Virus record (IMG/VR): IMGVR_UViG_3300009104_001827
Coordinates: 147,118-211,117 of that record
DNA: 64,000 bases
Reading direction: 5' to 3' (one strand)
A program made the position numbers and the translations under genes. A model generated the notes under the pieces. That model made no database searches. It was not told where the DNA came from and saw nothing but the letters and a program-made list of their open reading frames with translations. Shown here piece by piece: positions 61,819-64,000 of the stretch (positions are counted from its first letter, which is position 1; each line of letters opens with the position of its first letter).

Positions 61819-62532
61819 ATGAGTAAAATCTGCATACCCAAAGTAGCCTGGTTATACTGGGACAAGGGCTGGAGCAATGCCCCAACCATAGTTCGAGCGT
61901 GCAGAAATAGGCTAACCAGAATCAACCCCGACTGGACCTTTCATTTTTTGTCCGACGAAAATTTAGATGAATTTATTAATTTAGATGGACTTGGGAATAT
62001 TCCTGTGCAGGCGAAGTCTGACGCGATAAGAATCCTTCTTCTTGAGAAGTTTGGGGGAATATGGCTAGATGCAACATTGTACGTTAATCTACCCCTTGAT
62101 GAGTGGCTGTGGGATAATTTAGGGCAGGAGTTTTTTGCTTTTAGCAATCCTCGTAAAAACTTCGGCAGGATTGTCTCGAGCTGGTTTCTTGCGGGAAGAA
62201 ATGACAACTATATTATAAATAAATGGAAGATCGAAACCTTAAAATATTGGGAAAATAGAGAAGAGGCCGATCAATATTTTTGGTTTCATAATCTATTTAA
62301 AGAAATGTACGATAAAGATGAAAAATTCAGCCTCCTTTGGGATAGGACTAACAAGATTGATTGCGATGTTGGCACAAGACAAGGGCCTCATTTTTTTGCC
62401 CCATATACAGACGAAATACTTAAATCAATAGCGTCGCAGGAAGTCCCCGCTTCTCCAGTATTTAAATTGACCTGGAGAGTAGACCTATTGAAATCTCCTG
62501 TCATTCAAGAATTATTCAAAGATGATATGTAG
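61819..62532 (+). CDS. GT32/capsular polysaccharide synthesis-type glycosyltransferase
   Basis: IPKVAWLYWDKG, SDAIRILLLEKFGGIWLDA, YFWFH, VFKLTW. Start may be 61810 or 61819. Confidence 0.85.
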   Translation: MSKICIPKVAWLYWDKGWSNAPTIVRACRNRLTRINPDWTFHFLSDENLDEFINLDGLGNIPVQAKSDAIRILLLEKFGGIWLDATLYVNLPLDEWLWDNLGQEFFAFSNPRKNFGRIVSSWFLAGRNDNYIINKWKIETLKYWENREEADQYFWFHNLFKEMYDKDEKFSLLWDRTNKIDCDVGTRQGPHFFAPYTDEILKSIASQEVPASPVFKLTWRVDLLKSPVIQELFKDDM

Positions 62533-62616
62533 AATAAACGCAATGCGGGTAGGTTAAAAATATTATATATAATATGCACATCTATTCAAAGAAAGCAACC
62601 TACCAATCTTCGATTA

Positions 62617-62621
62617 GTGTA
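62617..62621 (+). promoter_or_regulatory. GTGTA motif
   Basis: GTGTAATATAAATTTATAGAA-ATG(62638). Confidence 0.55.
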
Positions 62622-62637
62622 ATATAAATTTATAGAA

Positions 62638-63360
62638 ATGAAGGTCCTACAATATTCATATCCCCGCAGCGGCTCTACCGTAGTCTGGAATATTCTAGAG
62701 GATCTCCTCTCCCCCGAGAACACAGAAAATAAAGATAGATTCTTTTATCCAGCGAACGTGATTAAGACACATGACCTAAGGTACTTTAGACAATTCTATG
62801 CATTCAAAGGAAAAATTAAATTCTACAATATTGATTATAAATGTGGCCTCCTGGTATCTACGATTCGACACCCAATAACAAATTGTCTTTCACTGTTAAG
62901 GGTAGGAATGGTAGGGGCGTCCCCAGATAAACCTTCTGTATCAAAAGCACAAGGAAAAGAAGAAGTTACAAATGAAACAATTACATTAAAATTACAAAAC
63001 TATATTAACCATTACGAATGGATGTTAAAACAATTAAAAGAAAAATCAAGCAAAAGAAATACAATCCTCTTTGATTATGACCAACAAATAAAACCAATTA
63101 AGCCTATACTGAATACATTAGAGGGGAAGCTAGGAATACTCATTTTAAATAAAGAAGATAAAATTAAATACTTCCTACCGCCGACCTTAATGGATCATGG
63201 ACTCGATAAATTTGACCAACAAGACAATTCCACCTTAATGCACGGAGAGCATGTAAAATCAAATAAATACCCAATTGAGCACGAAATTTTAGCTTTAGAA
63301 AATCCTTTAATTGAAAAAGCGACAGAACTCTATCTTGAGCTTCGCGAACAATATACTTAA
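62638..63360 (+). CDS. Sulfotransferase-like P-loop protein
   Basis: SYPRSGSTVVWNIL, VIKTHD, TIRHPITNCLS. Confidence 0.72.
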   Translation: MKVLQYSYPRSGSTVVWNILEDLLSPENTENKDRFFYPANVIKTHDLRYFRQFYAFKGKIKFYNIDYKCGLLVSTIRHPITNCLSLLRVGMVGASPDKPSVSKAQGKEEVTNETITLKLQNYINHYEWMLKQLKEKSSKRNTILFDYDQQIKPIKPILNTLEGKLGILILNKEDKIKYFLPPTLMDHGLDKFDQQDNSTLMHGEHVKSNKYPIEHEILALENPLIEKATELYLELREQYT

Positions 63361-63364
63361 CACT

Positions 63365-64000
63365 ATGGAATATACACTTATATTAAATTATTACAATAAG
63401 TCAAAAGAATTATTGATCAAACAACTTAATGCTGTATCAAAACAAACCATTAAGCCCAAATTAATATGGGGCTGCTTCATGGGGTGTGAAGATGACGAAT
63501 TATTGCACACATATCAAGAAATAACAAAAGACTGGGATAATGCCTGCTTTATAGATTCCGATTATAATTTTAAATATATAGGAAGATATCAACTAGCCCT
63601 TACAGCTCCTACGGAAATAATCGTTATGCTTGATGACGACAGAATCCCTAATCCACAATATTGCGAATGCATGATCAAGATTGTTCGCAATGAGGAATGT
63701 CTTGTACAGCAGTACGGATGGCAATTGGATAAAAGGCCAGGTGGAGAAATACAACTTAAAAAACAAAAAATCCCCCGCCCAGTAGATTTTGTAGGTAAAT
63801 ATTCAAGCCCATACGAAGAATGCAATTCAAGATACAGGAAAGAAACGCCTATACTTGCTCAAGCGGATTACCTTTGTGGAGGAATGGTTTTTAGGAAATC
63901 TTCATTAAAGTACCTTTTTCAAGAAGATATATATACCACAGCAACAGGAGAAGACATTATGTTTTGTCTAAGATGTAAAAAAAATAACATCCCTGTTTAT
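63365..64000 (+). CDS. GT-A (GT2-like) glycosyltransferase, 3'-truncated
   Basis: Not in the ORF track; reads MEYTLILNYYNK...LNAVSKQTIKPK...NFKYIGRY...IVMLDDDRIP...ADYLCGG...TGEDIMF to the window end. Confidence 0.8.
   Translation, partial: MEYTLILNYYNKSKELLIKQLNAVSKQTIKPKLIWGCFMGCEDDELLHTYQEITKDWDNACFIDSDYNFKYIGRYQLALTAPTEIIVMLDDDRIPNPQYCECMIKIVRNEECLVQQYGWQLDKRPGGEIQLKKQKIPRPVDFVGKYSSPYEECNSRYRKETPILAQADYLCGGMVFRKSSLKYLFQEDIYTTATGEDIMFCLRCKKNNIPVY

Noticed and set aside
1-64000. Stop-codon reassignment, inteins, introns, tRNA genes
   Set aside because: Genes are intact and densely packed in the standard code; DnaB, DnaE, RecA and TerL have normal lengths with no intein motifs seen; intergenic gaps are short and show no cloverleaf by eye (tRNAscan not run).
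1-64000. Bacterial chromosome or eukaryotic giant-virus origin (recA, dnaE, clpC, SET, papain, sulfotransferases)
   Set aside because: TerL, prohead protease and capsid module plus sigma70-type promoters and SD sites indicate a tailed bacteriophage; total genome size cannot be judged from this window.

Overview
This window is a 64-kb piece of a large tailed dsDNA bacteriophage genome, read in the standard genetic code. It has four parts. (1) 1-1.9 kb (+): the ends of two paralogous fibre proteins with 18-residue coiled-coil repeats. (2) 1.9-23.4 kb (+): replication and host-takeover genes: a J-domain protein, NrdB with the class Ic (Mn/Fe, tyrosyl-radical-free) signature, RecA, DnaB, primase, a Cas4/RecB-like nuclease, a Nudix hydrolase, a Tat-exported DUF1501 protein, a VWA-like membrane protein, ClpP, a Pol III split into PHP, exonuclease and DnaE genes with a SET-domain gene inserted, and ClpC. 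(3) 23.4-58.6 kb (-): head genes (major capsid, decoration, protease/scaffold, TerL, no adjacent portal), an ERCC4 nuclease, a phage sigma factor with a Cys4 insert, a membrane/lysis-like cassette with a papain protease, PhoH, an orphan MbcA/ParS antitoxin domain (+), and a 6589-aa fibre/adhesin. (4) 58.6-64 kb (+): a sulfotransferase/glycosyltransferase cluster. The clearest non-coding structure is a two-class promoter pattern. Host-type TTGAC-N17-(-10) promoters, mostly leaderless, precede replication genes. A GTGTA motif sits 7-25 nt upstream of 13 structural/accessory start codons and is a candidate late promoter for the phage sigma. DUF1501 and the Chlamydia-type NrdB hint at a PVC-superphylum host (inference). 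All calls come from manual motif reading; no database searches were run.
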